This document shows positions 36,824-51,633 of a stretch of 64,000 bases of DNA, one piece after another. This DNA is from the human T2T-CHM13v2.0 reference genome, Homo sapiens, in assembly GCF_009914755.1 (NCBI RefSeq), contig NC_060947.1; one strand, 5' to 3'. The position numbers and the translations under genes are program-made. The first letter of the stretch is position 1, and every line of letters begins with the position of its first letter. Under the pieces are notes generated by a model. It made no database searches. It was given only the letters and a program-made list of their open reading frames with translations, and had not been told where the DNA came from.

Positions 36824-39800
36824 AATTGCAGCTGCATTTGGAGACCCTGCTGCCTAACCAGGTCTAAATAACTTATTACTGACCTTCCTTCTCATTTGAC
36901 TATTTTTCATCTTACTGCATACTCCCAGTTAGGGCCACCACTCTAATTCCTATGCTTTGGGGTAGTTAGACAGCAGTAGTGGGGAAAATAAATTATGCAG
37001 CTCAGCAGCATTGCTTAAGGATTGCAGAGCCACCTAGATAGCTTGTTTAGACAATTAGCATACACAAGCGTGGAACACAATTTTTAACTCCAAAACAACT
37101 ATATAATGAAGACTGTCTTTCATATTCAGGAATTCCAGACATTAGATAAGTTAAAAAAAGAAAAAAGAATAATTGGAATTTCACCATTTGTTACAATTGA
37201 GTTTTAATATCATCTACATTGAATGTAATCAGAGAGAGAAGAAGAAAGGGAGGGAGAGAACACACTGTATTTGGCACATTTCCTGCCAATATACAGATAA
37301 AGAAGTGAACATGCCTTTGTGCTTTTATATCACTATCCTTTACATAAAGTAACTTATCTTAAGCTTTTTCTTGGGAAATAATGACAGTTTAGCAGAGCAA
37401 AAACAGTACACAGAAATAGAAAAAAAGAGAATTACACTTTAAAAAATTATATCAAGTTGGGCTATAAAACTAAAGTATGGAATATGAGGCAGCATGAGAC
37501 TTAAAGAAACTTATTCATCTTAGTTATGAGATTTTACTTGATTTATAAAGCTTCTATTTTGAATGACCGAATCCATAATTTAATTCTATAACAATGCAAA
37601 TGCATAGCAACACCATCTTACCAGAGACTGCTGCTTATGTTCCAGAAAGCTTATAAAATAAAATAAAAATCTGTATTCTCTATCCAAACAATAGATGAGG
37701 AGACCAAGTAATTTAACATCTATATTATCCGTGCAATACAACATTTCAAAAGAAAACTATGCCCCTGTTTTTTCAAAACGACTTTAGAACTCAGGATAAT
37801 ATATTTGTACACACAACACTTGGTGATAATAAATCTCCTCTACATAGCGTTCATTCTTCAAGAGGCCCAAACGTAATTATAGGCCAAAATACTTTAATTG
37901 GTGTTTGGGAGAGAACAAACTTGTTTTTTTTACATCTGTTAACACTTGTTTTTTAATCCTTGTATAGAATTAAGGCTTTGGTAAAGCATGTAAGGTTGGG
38001 ATAGAGTGGGGATTAGGGAGGGACTGTCCCAGTGGAGTAGGTAATCATCTATTGTTTTTGTCCTTTGGAAAATCAATGACTCTGTACTAGGAAGGTTCCA
38101 ATGATTTCTGTAGGCCACCTAAGCACTCTGAGTGGGCCACAAGGTACCCTATCACATTGGGTCTATAACAGTTTGGTGTGATAGCCCAGCAGCCATCTTG
38201 GCTCTGAAAAATCACCCTTCATGTTTCCCTAGCCAAGTCAATGGTGTCCCAAGCCCTCCTTCTTCCAATCTAGACCCACAGGTTCAGAGTTGGCTCACAC
38301 TAGTGCAAAGTATCAGAGCATGCCTTAAACGACTCTGTAAACGTACCTACAACAGTCGCCATCCTCTGGCAGAGCAGGCTACGTACTAAAATCAGCAGCT
38401 AAGGGGAGTCAAGACATGAAAATCAACTCTCTCTCTCTCCCCCTCCCATATACACTCAAAATTAAAGAAACGTTGAAGCGATTAGAGTGCAAGCTCATTT
38501 ATGCTTGCCTCAATTTCCCTCCTTTTCCATTTCCTTTTGGACTTAAAAAACATGTCATTCTCATCTGGTCTTTCACTGTGTTACTGAGTTAAGAAAATAG
38601 CAAAGTGATTCAATAGGAAAGCGATTCTCTGCTGAAATAAGTGCTACTACACCTATGAATCATATGAATCTTCCAGCTCCCCTTTCCCATCGACTGTCTT
38701 TGAAAAATGCACTCAAAAAGCAGCAAGCAGGGGGAGAAAATAGCCGATGACATTTCTGAAGTACATCTGCATCAAGAAGTTGATGACAGACAAAGGGATA
38801 CATTGCAGAACATTTATAAAGCCTCCCAAATTCAATCTATTGCCTTCTTCCTACCTTCAGGCTTCTCCCAAATGAATACAAAGCCTTTAACTAAGAGAGA
38901 AAAGTCTCATTGTAGAGATTCAAATCCCACCTATGTCTAGAGAGTTATGAGAGTCAGAGTCTGTCACAAGACTTCCCATGCACTGGGTGGTAGAAAAACC
39001 CTGTGAAATGTACTTCATGTTCATGAGAAAAAGCCCTACCATACATCAGAATAAGAAAAGGAACCTGGGAGGCTGCAAATTACCCTTTGTCAGCCACAGT
39101 ATCTTAAGAGAAACAGCTGTTTGCAGAATGACTTGCTTCTTCAAATACATACAGAGTTAGAGAGAAAAAAAAAATCCTAAATATGTTCTCTCAAATACAA
39201 TTATAACTGGATTACTTTTCAAATACATAATCTCACTGATCTGCTAGACTGCCAACAGTTAAAAGTTAAATGTTAAATCAAGGCACCCAAGAGATGATTT
39301 GTTCTATGAAGAAAAATGTTGTTATTCCATTTTAATCATAATGGATTAAATGAAATAATTCTGATGATAGTGCCCCACTGTAACATACTTACATGCACAG
39401 ACATGGCTTCTCAGAGGAAGTAACAGTGATTTCAGAATTACAAATCATATGTACCAGTTTGGCTAGTTCCTGCAAGCATCACAGATTTATTAAAGCTAGG
39501 AAAAACCTGAGTCAAGATCAACATACAACGAGTTATTAGCCAGATATCGGCATTCTACTGGCAAATTTCCCACTTTCTTCCTCTTAGAATTCTGTCTTTA
39601 CAAAAATGGATAATCTGCATCATTTTCTCCTCCAAATATTGTATCATCTATAAATATTGATATAGATGCACAAAGAGCAGCCTTAAAATTCTGCATACAA
39701 CTTTTAAGTTAAATGTGAGATGCAGGCAAGAAATTTAGAGGGAAAAGTCTTTAATAAACCATTTCTTAAATATAATGAAGGCAAAATTAATGAGGCTGAA

Positions 39801-41955
39801 CGTTGACCCCCATGGAGAGGGCCAGCCAAGTACCCCCCACCATTGCAGCCAGCACTGTACCCACCTTCTTCATGCTGTCCCAACTCTGTTTTCTTGACAC
39901 ATCCCATACACACATACACAGGGCAATGACTTTGGCGCAAACCAGATAACAAGTTTGAATAGGCGAGAAGCTGGGGTGAGAGCAGAAGAATTTTCTTGCC
40001 TATCTGTCTCCAGAGAACTTTTACATTTTGATCTCCCAATGACAAAGGGAGTACTGGGCTCAACAATCACACTTTTGTTCTGAAATAGCCCACTAAGATA
40101 ACTTGATTCCCAGGATGGAAACAGTTTAGGGCTGAATCGGATTGTAGGGAACATCTTGTGCACCTTTATCTTACAGAGAATGTGAAGGCCAAAGGGGTGG
40201 GGTGACTTGTCCTAATTCATAAGCAGCTCAGTAAGCACACAAGCCAAGTTTCCAGACTTTCACTACCCAATATGGATTCTCAGTTCAAATCACTTTTCCT
40301 CTGTAAAGATTTTCCTGGAACCGTCTCCCCATTCCTGTCCCCATTTATCTCTCCCTCCTTTGTGCTTCCAACTGCACCTTGTACTCAGTTTTATCGTAGC
40401 TCTTATCGCTGTGTACATCGATAAATTGTTTGCATGCTTGTCTCCTCTATTAGACTTTGAGCCTGTATAACGGCAGAACTACATCTTCCTCCACTTTCAA
40501 TCTCCAGGGATGTGTGTGTGCCTGATGAATAGCCGCCCTGCCATACACGTTTGTTGAAGTTTGTGAGAATAATTTTATAGGGCATAACACTAAGTCTACC
40601 TTAGAAACCTAAGTGCTTCTCTTGCTATTTTCTTTCATAAGTTCTTTCTTCTCCCTCCAAGAAGAGAACAATAGTCAACACATGACTGAGGCTGCCCCTG
40701 GTTGTCTGTTCCAAATGAACCGTTATTCTATTCAGGTCCAGAAAATAGCTAGTTCCTAACTTTTTTTTTTCCTATGAATATAGACCCTGAGGAATATGTG
40801 ACCATTACGGCTGAAACATCCTGGTAATTTAGTATAACTTAACCAGAAGTGACATGAATCCATGAGACCCAGAGACAGAAACTCTGGTCTGATTCCAAGG
40901 GGTCTCTGGCCACAAAGGCCCTCAGGATATAGGGCCCCACCGGACGAATAAAGGAGCCAGCAGCAGATCCATATCTAATCAGCACCTGGGCCTGCCCAGG
41001 AGGGCCCTGCATTTCCAGGGTCAGTTTAGAAAAAAACTGCGTTCTCCAACTGCCCCACCCCCCATCCTGAATTTCTCTGAACAAGCCGCAAGTCAAATTC
41101 CCTGAAGCTACTAAGACAAAGGTGGCTTTAGGAAAATCACAGCAGGTGGGGCCTTCTTGTGGCTCTCTAATGCATATGCCTTCTTACAAGAAAAATGTTT
41201 GCGGCTTTCCTTCATGACCCACGCTTAGCTTTGTTTACGTTAAACATTTATTTTCAAATGATCATGAGCTTGATCTTTTTCTTAGAAATTTTTTGAACAG
41301 CAAATAACACTAAAAATCCCAGAAGTTGTTCACAGTGAAAGCAAGCCTGCCTCACTAATAACCCAAATCTACTTCCTGCCCTATTCCACCCCACTTACAC
41401 ACTTTTTACCTCGGTTCTCATCGAATACCGTACATCACTGTAGAAAAATATTAACTGAATGACTGGTCAATTATAAGCTCTTCAAAAATGCATCATCTAT
41501 TTACAAACCAGCCAACCAGAATAAAATTAAAACCCAAACACAACGAAGCACATTGGTACCAAGTTATCAAAAGTCAGAAGGCATTCCTCATGCAAAGTAT
41601 TACTAGACGCTGTCTTTAGAGCAGCTGATAGCTGCCAACATAAAATGTCATCAAGAATGGAAAAAAAGGGAGAGAAAAAGTAATGGTACTGAATTTGTTA
41701 CTCTAAGAAATAAAACACACAGAAAATCATATAACTTCAAAAAGCTCCTTCTACATGGACTTCATTAAGAAAGAACATAAGGAGGTGTTTCTCTCTGACC
41801 CATTAGTCAAATCTCCTGCTCCTAGGCTTCTTTACCTCCTTTTTCTGGACACCCCATCCACTCACTTGCCACAACGATTTAGAAGCCAGGACAAAGAGGG
41901 TACCAGCTGCTTGCCCCCTTTATTCCCCAGCTAGGGCTTCTGCTTAGGATCCTCT

Positions 41956-42080
41956 CTAGAGATGCCAGGTTTATCAAATAAATATGCAGGACTCCCAGGT
42001 AAATTTGAATTTCAGATAAACAGTGAAAAAAAATTTTTTAGTATAAGTATGCCCCATACAATATGTTATCTGGCAGCCCT
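41956..42080. mobile_element. MER53-like hAT MITE (internally deleted)
   Basis: gccaggtttatcaaataaatatgcaggactcccaggtaaatttgaatttcagataaac...tagtataagtatg...ttatctggcagccct matches recalled MER53. Confidence 0.75.
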
Positions 42081-42257
42081 CTCCCGCTCTGTTCTTCTGC
42101 CTTGATAAGTTGAGCTCAATAAAGGCAAATCCTTGAAAACCCATTTTACCTCTTTACCTTAAGATTCTTAGAAGCCCTCTCCATGGAATCAGCCCAGGCT
42201 CTCCCAGGCCTTCATTTGCCCAGAGTAAAGTAGAAGACACTCTCAGCCCCAGCTTAC

Positions 42258-42410
42258 CTGATCAGCTGCAAGGAAATTTAAGGAAGTTGACTGTTGGAGA
42301 CAGCAATTTTTGATCCATAGCTCCTCCCACCAAAAGCTTCACACGGCTCGCTACCCTGGCAGCCACTCCACCTTCCCACCCACCGGTGGCGCAACAGTAT
42401 ATTTAAATAC
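42258..42410 (-). promoter_or_regulatory. MBNL3: Candidate internal promoter and alternative first exon of MBNL3
   Basis: Minus strand TATTTAAATATA (42398-42409), a GC/CpG-richer stretch, an 18-codon uORF (42262-42318) and a strong donor CAG|GTAAGC at 42258. Confidence 0.5.
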
Positions 42411-43109
42411 CCTCGATGTCTGCTGGAGCTCCCCCTTTAGGCTAGGATGAAGAGGGGGATGGTGTGTGACCAATACCTGCCTAAACCCGTAACTCCGAAT
42501 TTACAGAACAGATTTTTGAGTATATGAGGTGTTACATAAAGATGAGGCTTTTAAGTTTTTTAAGGTTTTTATTTATGTGTGCAGAGGTGAGGGGTGGTTA
42601 ATCTTTTCTTTTTTTCCTTCAGCCCTGTCTTTGGAATACTCAAATTCGAGTAAAAGTCAATCATTAAAGTGCAGGGAAATAACTACTTAGCACATGTTTC
42701 TATATGCACACATAAGCGCTATAAAGGTACAGATTCACAGCATGCAGATGAATAGCCATTATTTGCATAGATATCTTTTTCAGTCAATCCCTGATTACTC
42801 ACATTAAAAGAGAGCACAAAGTAGAGAGGTATGGCTAATTCTAATGAACCAAATAATATATTCGAGAAAAATGGCAATCCACAATAGCCTCACATTACAA
42901 TTGTGAACATTTAAGCAATTGCTAGACACAGTCCTAAATTTATTTTTTCATTAAGAATGCAGACTCTTTCATTGGAATGATCAAAGATTAAGAATTAGTA
43001 AGGTCAGAAATAGTAAAATTGTACTGCTCTGGGGAAGTTTATATGTTTATGGGCATATCATAGAAAGATCAAATAGTAAAGCTGGAAAGGCTCTTAGAGA
43101 TCATTTAGT

Positions 43110-43398
43110 CCAGCATTTGCCAGAGTGTGTACCACAGACAACTAATCCCAAGAGAGGAACCTCAAAAGCTGGGTTCACTGGTCAATCGGGTATAAGAAAT
43201 GTCACTTTATATTCCTCTCTTGTAGGCTGACAATACACAAGAGTATGATAAAGGCTCTCACATGTCCTAAAGTAAAGAAACCTGGTTACCTTTGTTAACC
43301 CAGCATTTCCCAACATTGTTTAACTCACAAACCATCCCCCCTTTTTTCATCATATTCCCGTTAACATCTCTCTTTAGTACACCCTTAGGAAAATACTG
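43110..43398. mobile_element. hAT-Charlie element (MER119-like) inserted in a MIR
   Basis: cagcatttgccagagtgtgt...aaaggctct...agtaaagaaacctg...aacccagcatttcccaa...ggaaaatactg. MIR sequence resumes on both sides (43075-43110, 43399-43450). Confidence 0.55.
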
Positions 43399-44611
43399 AT
43401 CTAATCCAACTTCCTCATTCTATAGGTAAAGAAACTAAAGCTTCAACCAAGTTGTATGGTGTTTTACAGGTCAAGTTTTCCTTAGTATTTTCATTTTGAT
43501 TTCTCTTAAATAGAAAAATAGAGTGAACTCCCCAAAAATGGCTCTTCTGTTGAAATGCCATTTTTGCCCATCCCTGATCTCCCAAAAGCTAACAAGATGG
43601 ATATTTTCCTATGATTGCAAAGTAACATCCCACAATCACCTTCCCAACACCCCTTTTCAAAGCTGTAAGTTTCGTCAGATCTTTCCAAATGGTTGCCGTG
43701 GCTTTCTTCTTTCATTTGAAGGCTTTAGTCAAGGAACTTCTGAAATAAGAACGTCAAGCCTTCTCTGCCTAACTGGCTTTCCTACATTGTGACTTCTGCC
43801 CCTTGAAACCATGCTAATTATTTTAGGCTTTCCATGACTTAAGGGTCTCAAGTGAGTTTTCGCTGTACTGAAACCTGGGAAGTCAGAAGGTATTGGGCAA
43901 TCTCCTCAATTCCAAATGGTTTTAGTTTTGCACTAACCTTAAACCTTGGGGTTTCCACTTGGTAAAATTAAATTTCCTGTCTCTAAGTAAAATGAAAAGT
44001 TTCAAAGAAGAATTTAATTTGCAAAAATATCTTACAAATGTATATGAAGAGTATAAGGTGAGAAAGGCACTGATTATTGTTCAGATTTAAACAATTTATC
44101 TTTGCAGGGCTCAGTGTGCTGCTCAGAATAAATTAAATAATTATGTCTTTATAACCAGCCACATATCTCTCCACTCAAACTTTATATAAAGGGTAGATAT
44201 GGCTATTGATTTACCTCTGCATTTTGAAATTAGCGGTACAAAGATGAAAATCAGTTCCTCTTTTGTTAAACATGAATCTTCTTTCAGATAAAGAAATGTA
44301 AAACATTGTACCAAAATGATTGTTTACAGGGTGAATTAATCAGTGTGAAATTATGTTTCAATCCCCCAATGAGGTCAAATGTCTCCACTTCAGAATAAGC
44401 ATTTTCCTCACACTCCTACCCTACTACCAACCTAACACCAAAAATGGAATTTCCATGCAGAAAGTTTTTACTTGGTGACATGGACTGCCATTAAAATACT
44501 TTTGAGGCATGGACTAAGTTTATATTTTGTTAGGGAAAATATACATTTCATCACCAAAAGTTCTATTGAAACCTTTGTGCTAACTTGTTATTAAAATTGT
44601 AGGAAAGTAGG

Positions 44612-45430
44612 CAACTGTTGGTAAGAATGTAAATTAGCACAGCCACTATATATATAAAAAAAAAACAGTATGGAGGTTCTCCAAAAAACTAAAAATAGAA
44701 CTATGATATGATCCAGCAATCCCACTGCTGGGTATCTATCCTAAAGGAAAACAGTATTTCAAAGAGATGCACCCCTGTGTTTATTACAGCATTATTCACA
44801 ATGGCCGAGATATGGAATCAATTTAAGTTTCCATCAATGGAAGAATGGATAAAGAACATGTGGTACATATACACAATTGAATATTATTCAACCATAAAGA
44901 AGAACAAAATTCTGTCATTTGCAACAGCATGATTGGAAGTGGAGAACATTATGTTAAGTGAAATACGCCAGGCACAGAAAGATCAATACTGCACGTTTCT
45001 CACTAATATGCGAGAGCTAAAACAAAACAAAACAAAACAAAACAAAACAAAAAACCCACTCAACTCATGGAGATAGAGAGTGGAATGATCATTGCCAGAG
45101 GCTAGAAAGGGTAGTGAGAAGGGGTTTATAAAGAGGGGATGGTTAATGGGTACAAAATACAATTACGTAGAAGGAATAAGGTCTAGTATTCAGTAGCACA
45201 ATAGGGTGACTATAGTTAATAACAATTTATTGTATATTTTAAAATAACTAAAAGAGTAGGATTGGAATGTTCCTAACACGAAGAAATGATAAAGGTTTGA
45301 GGTGATAGATATCCCAATTACCCTGATTTGATCATTACACATTGTATGCCTGTATCAAAATATCACATGTATCCCACAAATATGCACAACTGTTATGTTC
45401 CCATAATAATTATCAATTACAAATAAAATA
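44612..45430 (+). mobile_element. L1MA 3' portion (ORF2 end and 3'UTR)
   Basis: atatgatccagcaatcccactgctgggtat...aagtgaaata..ccaggcacagaaaga...taccctgatttgatcattacacattgtatgcctgtatcaaaatatcacatgt. Confidence 0.88.
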
Positions 45431-46964
45431 TAATTGTATGTAATTTAGAGTATCAGGCATATGCCCAGGGAAAATTCCAAACTCTAAATGTATCGTGTAT
45501 TTAAGTGGCATTTTTAGCCAAGTGATTCTTTTAAAAAGCATCTGAAAATTAGGCCAACTTACTGTTTGTTTTTGTTCTACAGACATGAAAACAAGGTATT
45601 GATACAAATGCTTTCTCTTCTAAAAATAAAGATCTATTCTGCCTGGCCTGAATATCTACCAAGTATGTTAAGTTTCATCCAAAATGTAACTTTCATTTTG
45701 GGATGAAATGTTTCAGATATGCGAACACAATTGACAAAGCTCTAATGAAACTGCTGAGATTACTGTAAAATATTTATTTTTCTTTCTCTCTCTCTCTCTT
45801 TCATATATGTGTGTGTCTTAAAATGTTCCTCTCCCAGTCTAATTTAGTAAATACTGCAACCTTAATTAAGCTCAGCTTCTGCTTCCAGTGAGCAGTTAAT
45901 ATTTAATGATGATGAAACTGTTCCCAATATTTAAAGAACTAAACAAGGCCCTCCACAAACAATGTAACTAGAAATGGGGTTAAAGAAAATAGTGATAAAG
46001 GGAGGCTTTTTGCTTTAAAATAAATCAATGCCTCAACCATAAATGTCTCATGGCCTTACAGAGAAGAAGTTGAAATATGACCACTGCCAAAGGATGCATA
46101 TCTCCACACCCAAAACAAGAAAAAAATAAAGCAAAGAACAGAGAGTTAATTAGTTAGCTTCAAAATCTATGAACTGTACTCCCTTAGTCAATTTAAACAG
46201 CTGGAACAAGACTTATTAGAAGAGCAGTACATGTCTAAGGATGTAGTGTTCATTAAAAATGTGCATCCTTTCTATTAAGCACGAAAAGATTTCTGGGGTC
46301 ATTCAGGCCATGGTGATATTCTAGTCAGTGCCTTTTAATTAGCGGAATCCTTATTTTGGTGAAGAAAAATAAATAAAATAAATCTACTCTAGCTCCATTG
46401 TGCTTTCCCTCAAAATCAAGATAAAATTAGAAAACTTCAGAAAACATCTTTCTGAAAAAAAAATAAGTCAGTTTATGTCTGTTATATAAGGTAAATCAAA
46501 TTCCATTCTCAAAGATTTTGACAAAGTGGATAGAGCGAAAGAAACTAGGTAGTGTAAAACATCAGTGTGCTAATCTTTTACACTCATTTTTCTACTAAAG
46601 ATAACTAGACTATTAATTTGGTTTTACATTGTTTCATGTATTGCATTGACTTGGTATACTAGACTCTTGCATATAAGGTCAAATGATCCTTTTCATGTTA
46701 ACTAATTCAGATCACTTATGAATAAGCTGCAGATATTGTATATACAGCTTTAGCTCATGTTACTTGGCATGAGACAATTGTTGATACACATTTAGACACC
46801 AGGTTGAGGCCCCTGTAAAATTATATTTTCTATTAATATCATGAAAGTAGTCATAAAACATAAACTAATTTTAAAAACAAAACTAGTCATAGAAACAAAA
46901 CTAATTTGAGAGATTTTTTAGAATACTGTAAACTGGTTTCCATTTTTTCACACCATGTCCACCT

Positions 46965-47130
46965 TAATATTAATGGCTAACTTTGTTGTGGATTTACCAC
47001 GTGCCAGGCATTGTTCAAAGTGCTTTATATGCATTAACTCATTTAATCTTCACAATTGAGGAAACGGGGGCACTGAGAAGTGAAGACGCATGCCCAAGCT
47101 GACATAACTAATAAGTAGCAGAGCTGGGAT
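46965..47130. mobile_element. MIR fragment
   Basis: gtgccaggcattgttcaaagtgctttatatgcattaactcatttaatcttcacaa...gaggaaac...gcagagctgggatttgaacc. Confidence 0.75.
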
Positions 47131-47427
47131 TTGAACCTACGTGCTCTGTGTCCAGAGCTCATACTCAATCAAGATACTGTGCTTCATAATACTGTGATAG
47201 TTCTAAATAGAGGAATGAGCTGGTTCAAATATTTATACTGTCTGGGCCACACTTTCCCTCTAAGATTATAACAAAGACTGCATATCAACTGGCTGTTAGG
47301 TATGTCCAGACACTAGTTACTAGCACAATTTTATGGCAAATTTATTTTGTTCAAAACCCAGGGATTTTGGATGGCTTGAGAATGAATAAGACAAGGCAAT
47401 TGAATGTGTCAAGGCAATTGAATGTGT

Positions 47428-47749
47428 TTGTTTTTGTTTGTTTGTTTGGTTTTGTTTTGTTTTTTAAGATAGAGTCTCACTCTGTTGCCCAGGCTGGAGT
47501 GCAGTGGCACCATCACAGCTCATTGTAACCTCAACTTCCCCAGGCTGAGGTAATCCTCCCACCTCAGCGTCCCGAGTAGCTGGGACTACAGGTGCACACC
47601 ACCATGCCCAGCTAATTTTTGTATTTTTTGTAACGATGGGGTTTCCCCGTGTTGCACAGGATGGTCTAGAACTCCTGGGCTCAAGCGATCCACCTGCCTC
47701 AGCCTCCCAAAGTGCTAGGGATTATAGGTGAGGGCCACTGTACCTGGCC
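47428..47749 (-). mobile_element. Alu (AluJ-like), sense to MBNL3
   Basis: Reverse-oriented dimer with (TTTG)n tail. Confidence 0.93.
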
Positions 47750-48619
47750 CTAGGTAACCAAATGTTAGAAATAGCCTTCCATAATTCCTGAAGCAGAACA
47801 ATTAGCATAAACATGTTATCTGTTAACACAGCTTTTTAGTAAATGTTTGCACAGTAGCATTTCGCTAGTTGGTTTGGGAGAAGCAATGTCCAATTATCAG
47901 GAGTTGGGTCATGAGGGCTTAAGCATAAACGGCCATGACTTGACAAAAGTAACAGTCCAGCAGTATCCCATGGAGATTGAGAACCGATAGAAGTAGGACT
48001 CAACAAAAGAGGTGGTCTGTGAACTTCATGACTATCATCACCTCCCTAAGAGAAGAATCTTTTAAAAACACCATAGTGCCATTCAGAAGCAAGTTTACTC
48101 AGATGACAAGTTGAGTGCTGTAGGTTCGACACTATCACAAAGCAGAGAAAGTCTCCAAATGATGAGAAAAGATCAACCTTAACACAAAATGGTACAAAGT
48201 GTTCTTCTGAAGCATTTCATTCCCCTAAGGACAAAGGCAAATGAGAACGCACATGAACTGCACACACCATTTCACAAAAGACTACCCCACCGAAAGCTCA
48301 GTTTCAGAGGAGGTTTTAGTTAAATGACCGTAAAGTAGATATATTTTGAGATACTGCAAAGTGGAGGTGAAGATCTGCGGCCCTAGGCACTAGGGTTTGA
48401 CTTTTTCAGTGCTTCAAATGTACAAGTCATGTTTCTTTCTTTTCTTTTCTTTATTGGCAATTTATTTTTGGTTAAGCAAACATTATTCACAAAATAAAAC
48501 TAAAGGGTTTCAAATACAAATTAATATGTGGCTGCATCATGTAAACATGCCAATAAAATAAACACAACAATTCTATTCTGTGATTTATCATTAGGTTTCT
48601 CCCCAGCTTTTTAAAATGA

Positions 48620-49489
<870 letters not shown>

Positions 49490-50802
49490 GTGACTAGACA
49501 ACTGAAGATGCAGAATCCAAAAGTATACTAATAGTTCTAAAGACAATATAATAGGGAAAATAATAACAACAACACTGTTATATGAATCAACTGTTTCGGA
49601 AGCAGGTCACAGGCTGTTCATACTCTGTCCTCTAATGTATTTGTTCCCAAGAAGAAATGAATTTAAGTTTCAATAGGAACACAGTATTTTATTAGAAAGA
49701 GTGCTAAGCTGAGATTCAAGTGCCCTTAATTCTATTTAGTTTTAGATCATCGGTAAATTATTCTCCAATCGTGTTAACTTCTCTAGAAATAATTCCTGCC
49801 CCTACATACTTTCTAGGTGCTTTGAAAGAAAAAAGGAACAAAGTAAAATTTAGTCTGTTTTGCAAGTAAAATCAGTACAAAATGTAAAAAATATATTTTT
49901 CTTTATTAGTTCTTTACAACAGAACTAAAATATTTCCCGAGAATTAAGTATAATAACTTTGACAGATTATAACTACTTTAAATCATTCTACTTCCCTAAA
50001 AGAGGTAATATATTATCATAGAGTAATTACCAATTATATGAGTAATATAAATTACTATGTGCCTAGGGAGAGAATTTATATACGTATAATGTTAGGAAAC
50101 TGAGGACACTTCTCTTATTAGAACTGGATATTATTGTCAAACAGTCGCTGTTCCCACAACTTAGTAGTATTCTAGGCGAAAAGGCAGAGGATAAAGGAAG
50201 CATATCCAAGCTTTAATCTCATCCTCGTAAATAACTAAAAGGAGAAAATAATTATTGCTTCTTTTCAAGTGGTAATAAGCCAGTGCCCACTTAGGAGACT
50301 AGTTTACCTAGTCAAGAGACACTCTTTTACCATCACAAGCTTCTTTAAGATTTAGCATAACGAACATCCACTTTAAAATCATAATGAATGAAACATTCAA
50401 AGTCATTTGTATTATATAAAAAAGCATGGAGCATCACACTCTAGTTGGTACTATTTTTATTCTAATTTTGCCATGGGTACTGTTATATTTTACTTATAAC
50501 ATATATTAAAATGATAACAAGAAAGCAGGCAAGTCATTTTTTCCTGGTAAGTTAGAAAGACAAAGCCAAATAAGAGACTATAAAAGATGTTAATGGTGCT
50601 TAAAATATTAAAAAAAAATTGTAGCGAAGTGATTTTAAATATCATTTAAATAAATTGGTAAAATAATAAAATTGAATCTCATTAGAAAACTGTTTATAAA
50701 TGTTTGAGCTAATTTTTCATTTTTCTTATTTTTCATTTTAATAGGCTAACCTTATGGAAGTGAAGATTGACTCATATAAATGTGAAATGTCTGAATATAC
50801 TA

Positions 50803-50829
50803 TGTGTGTGTGTGTGTGTGTGTGTGTGT
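50803..50829. repeat. (TG)n microsatellite
   Basis: Directly visible. Confidence 0.9.
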
Positions 50830-51450
50830 ACATATACACACCCTTTTGTTCTCACAGTTGCTACATATGAAAATTTGAAGGTCCATGTGTGGCAGCTAGC
50901 AACACCTACAATACGCCTTTCAGGGTACAAAAAAGTCACTAATCCTTTCAAAGGGTTATAATAGTCAAATAATTAAAATAACTTCATTTCTTTTGGGTTC
51001 CACACATTTAGACACCAGCATGATTCTTGCCCAGTCACCTGTTATGTAGCATTCCATAAGTTTCTCTATGCTCCACAAAGATAGGGTTCTGTGATCAAAG
51101 GATTTACAGAAATTCTTGGGTTCAACAGAACTAAACTACACTAACACGCAGTTAACAGAACTAAACTGTCTTTCATGCAATACCTCTCAGAGCCTTTTCT
51201 CAGCTAAAAAGCATTGTGATGCTCCTTGGAGGGAAAATATAATAGGTCTCCCAAAGAAACATTAAGTCTTCCAGAATAGACATCATTTCCCTTCCAACAG
51301 ATCTGAATATATATCAAGAAAGGGCCGTTTGAACAAGTGGTGAGGAAGGAGGAGGCATTAGAGGAACAACACAGAATCCTGAGAATTATGAAGCTTTGAA
51401 ACATCATCCTTAATTGACACCCTGCTAAACCAATTATGGTTTTCTCTAAA

Positions 51451-51633
51451 CTAATGGTTCCCAAACTTCAGTGTTTGCCAGAATTACCGGGAGAGTTTCT
51501 TGAAACACAAAGTGCCAGGCCTCCCCACAGAGTTTCTGATTCAGTAGGTGTGGGTGAGGTGATAATTTACATTTCTAAATGTGTCCAGGTGAAGTTGATG
51601 TTGCTAGTCTGCCACATTTTTGAGAACCCCTGC
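51451..51633. mobile_element. MER5A-like hAT-Charlie MITE
   Basis: atggttcccaaacttcagtgt...agagtttctgattcagtaggt...tttgagaacccctgctcta. Confidence 0.78.

Noticed and set aside
36013-37650. Other possible donors or mini-exons (GAG|GTAAAA at 36019; 28-nt taag|...CTG|GTAAGA at 37622-37649)
   Set aside because: Splice-like motifs of this strength are common by chance; no independent support from the sequence alone.
39931-39949. E2F (TTTGGCGC) and GATA (AGATAA) motifs
   Set aside because: Isolated short motifs with no CpG island or other promoter evidence.
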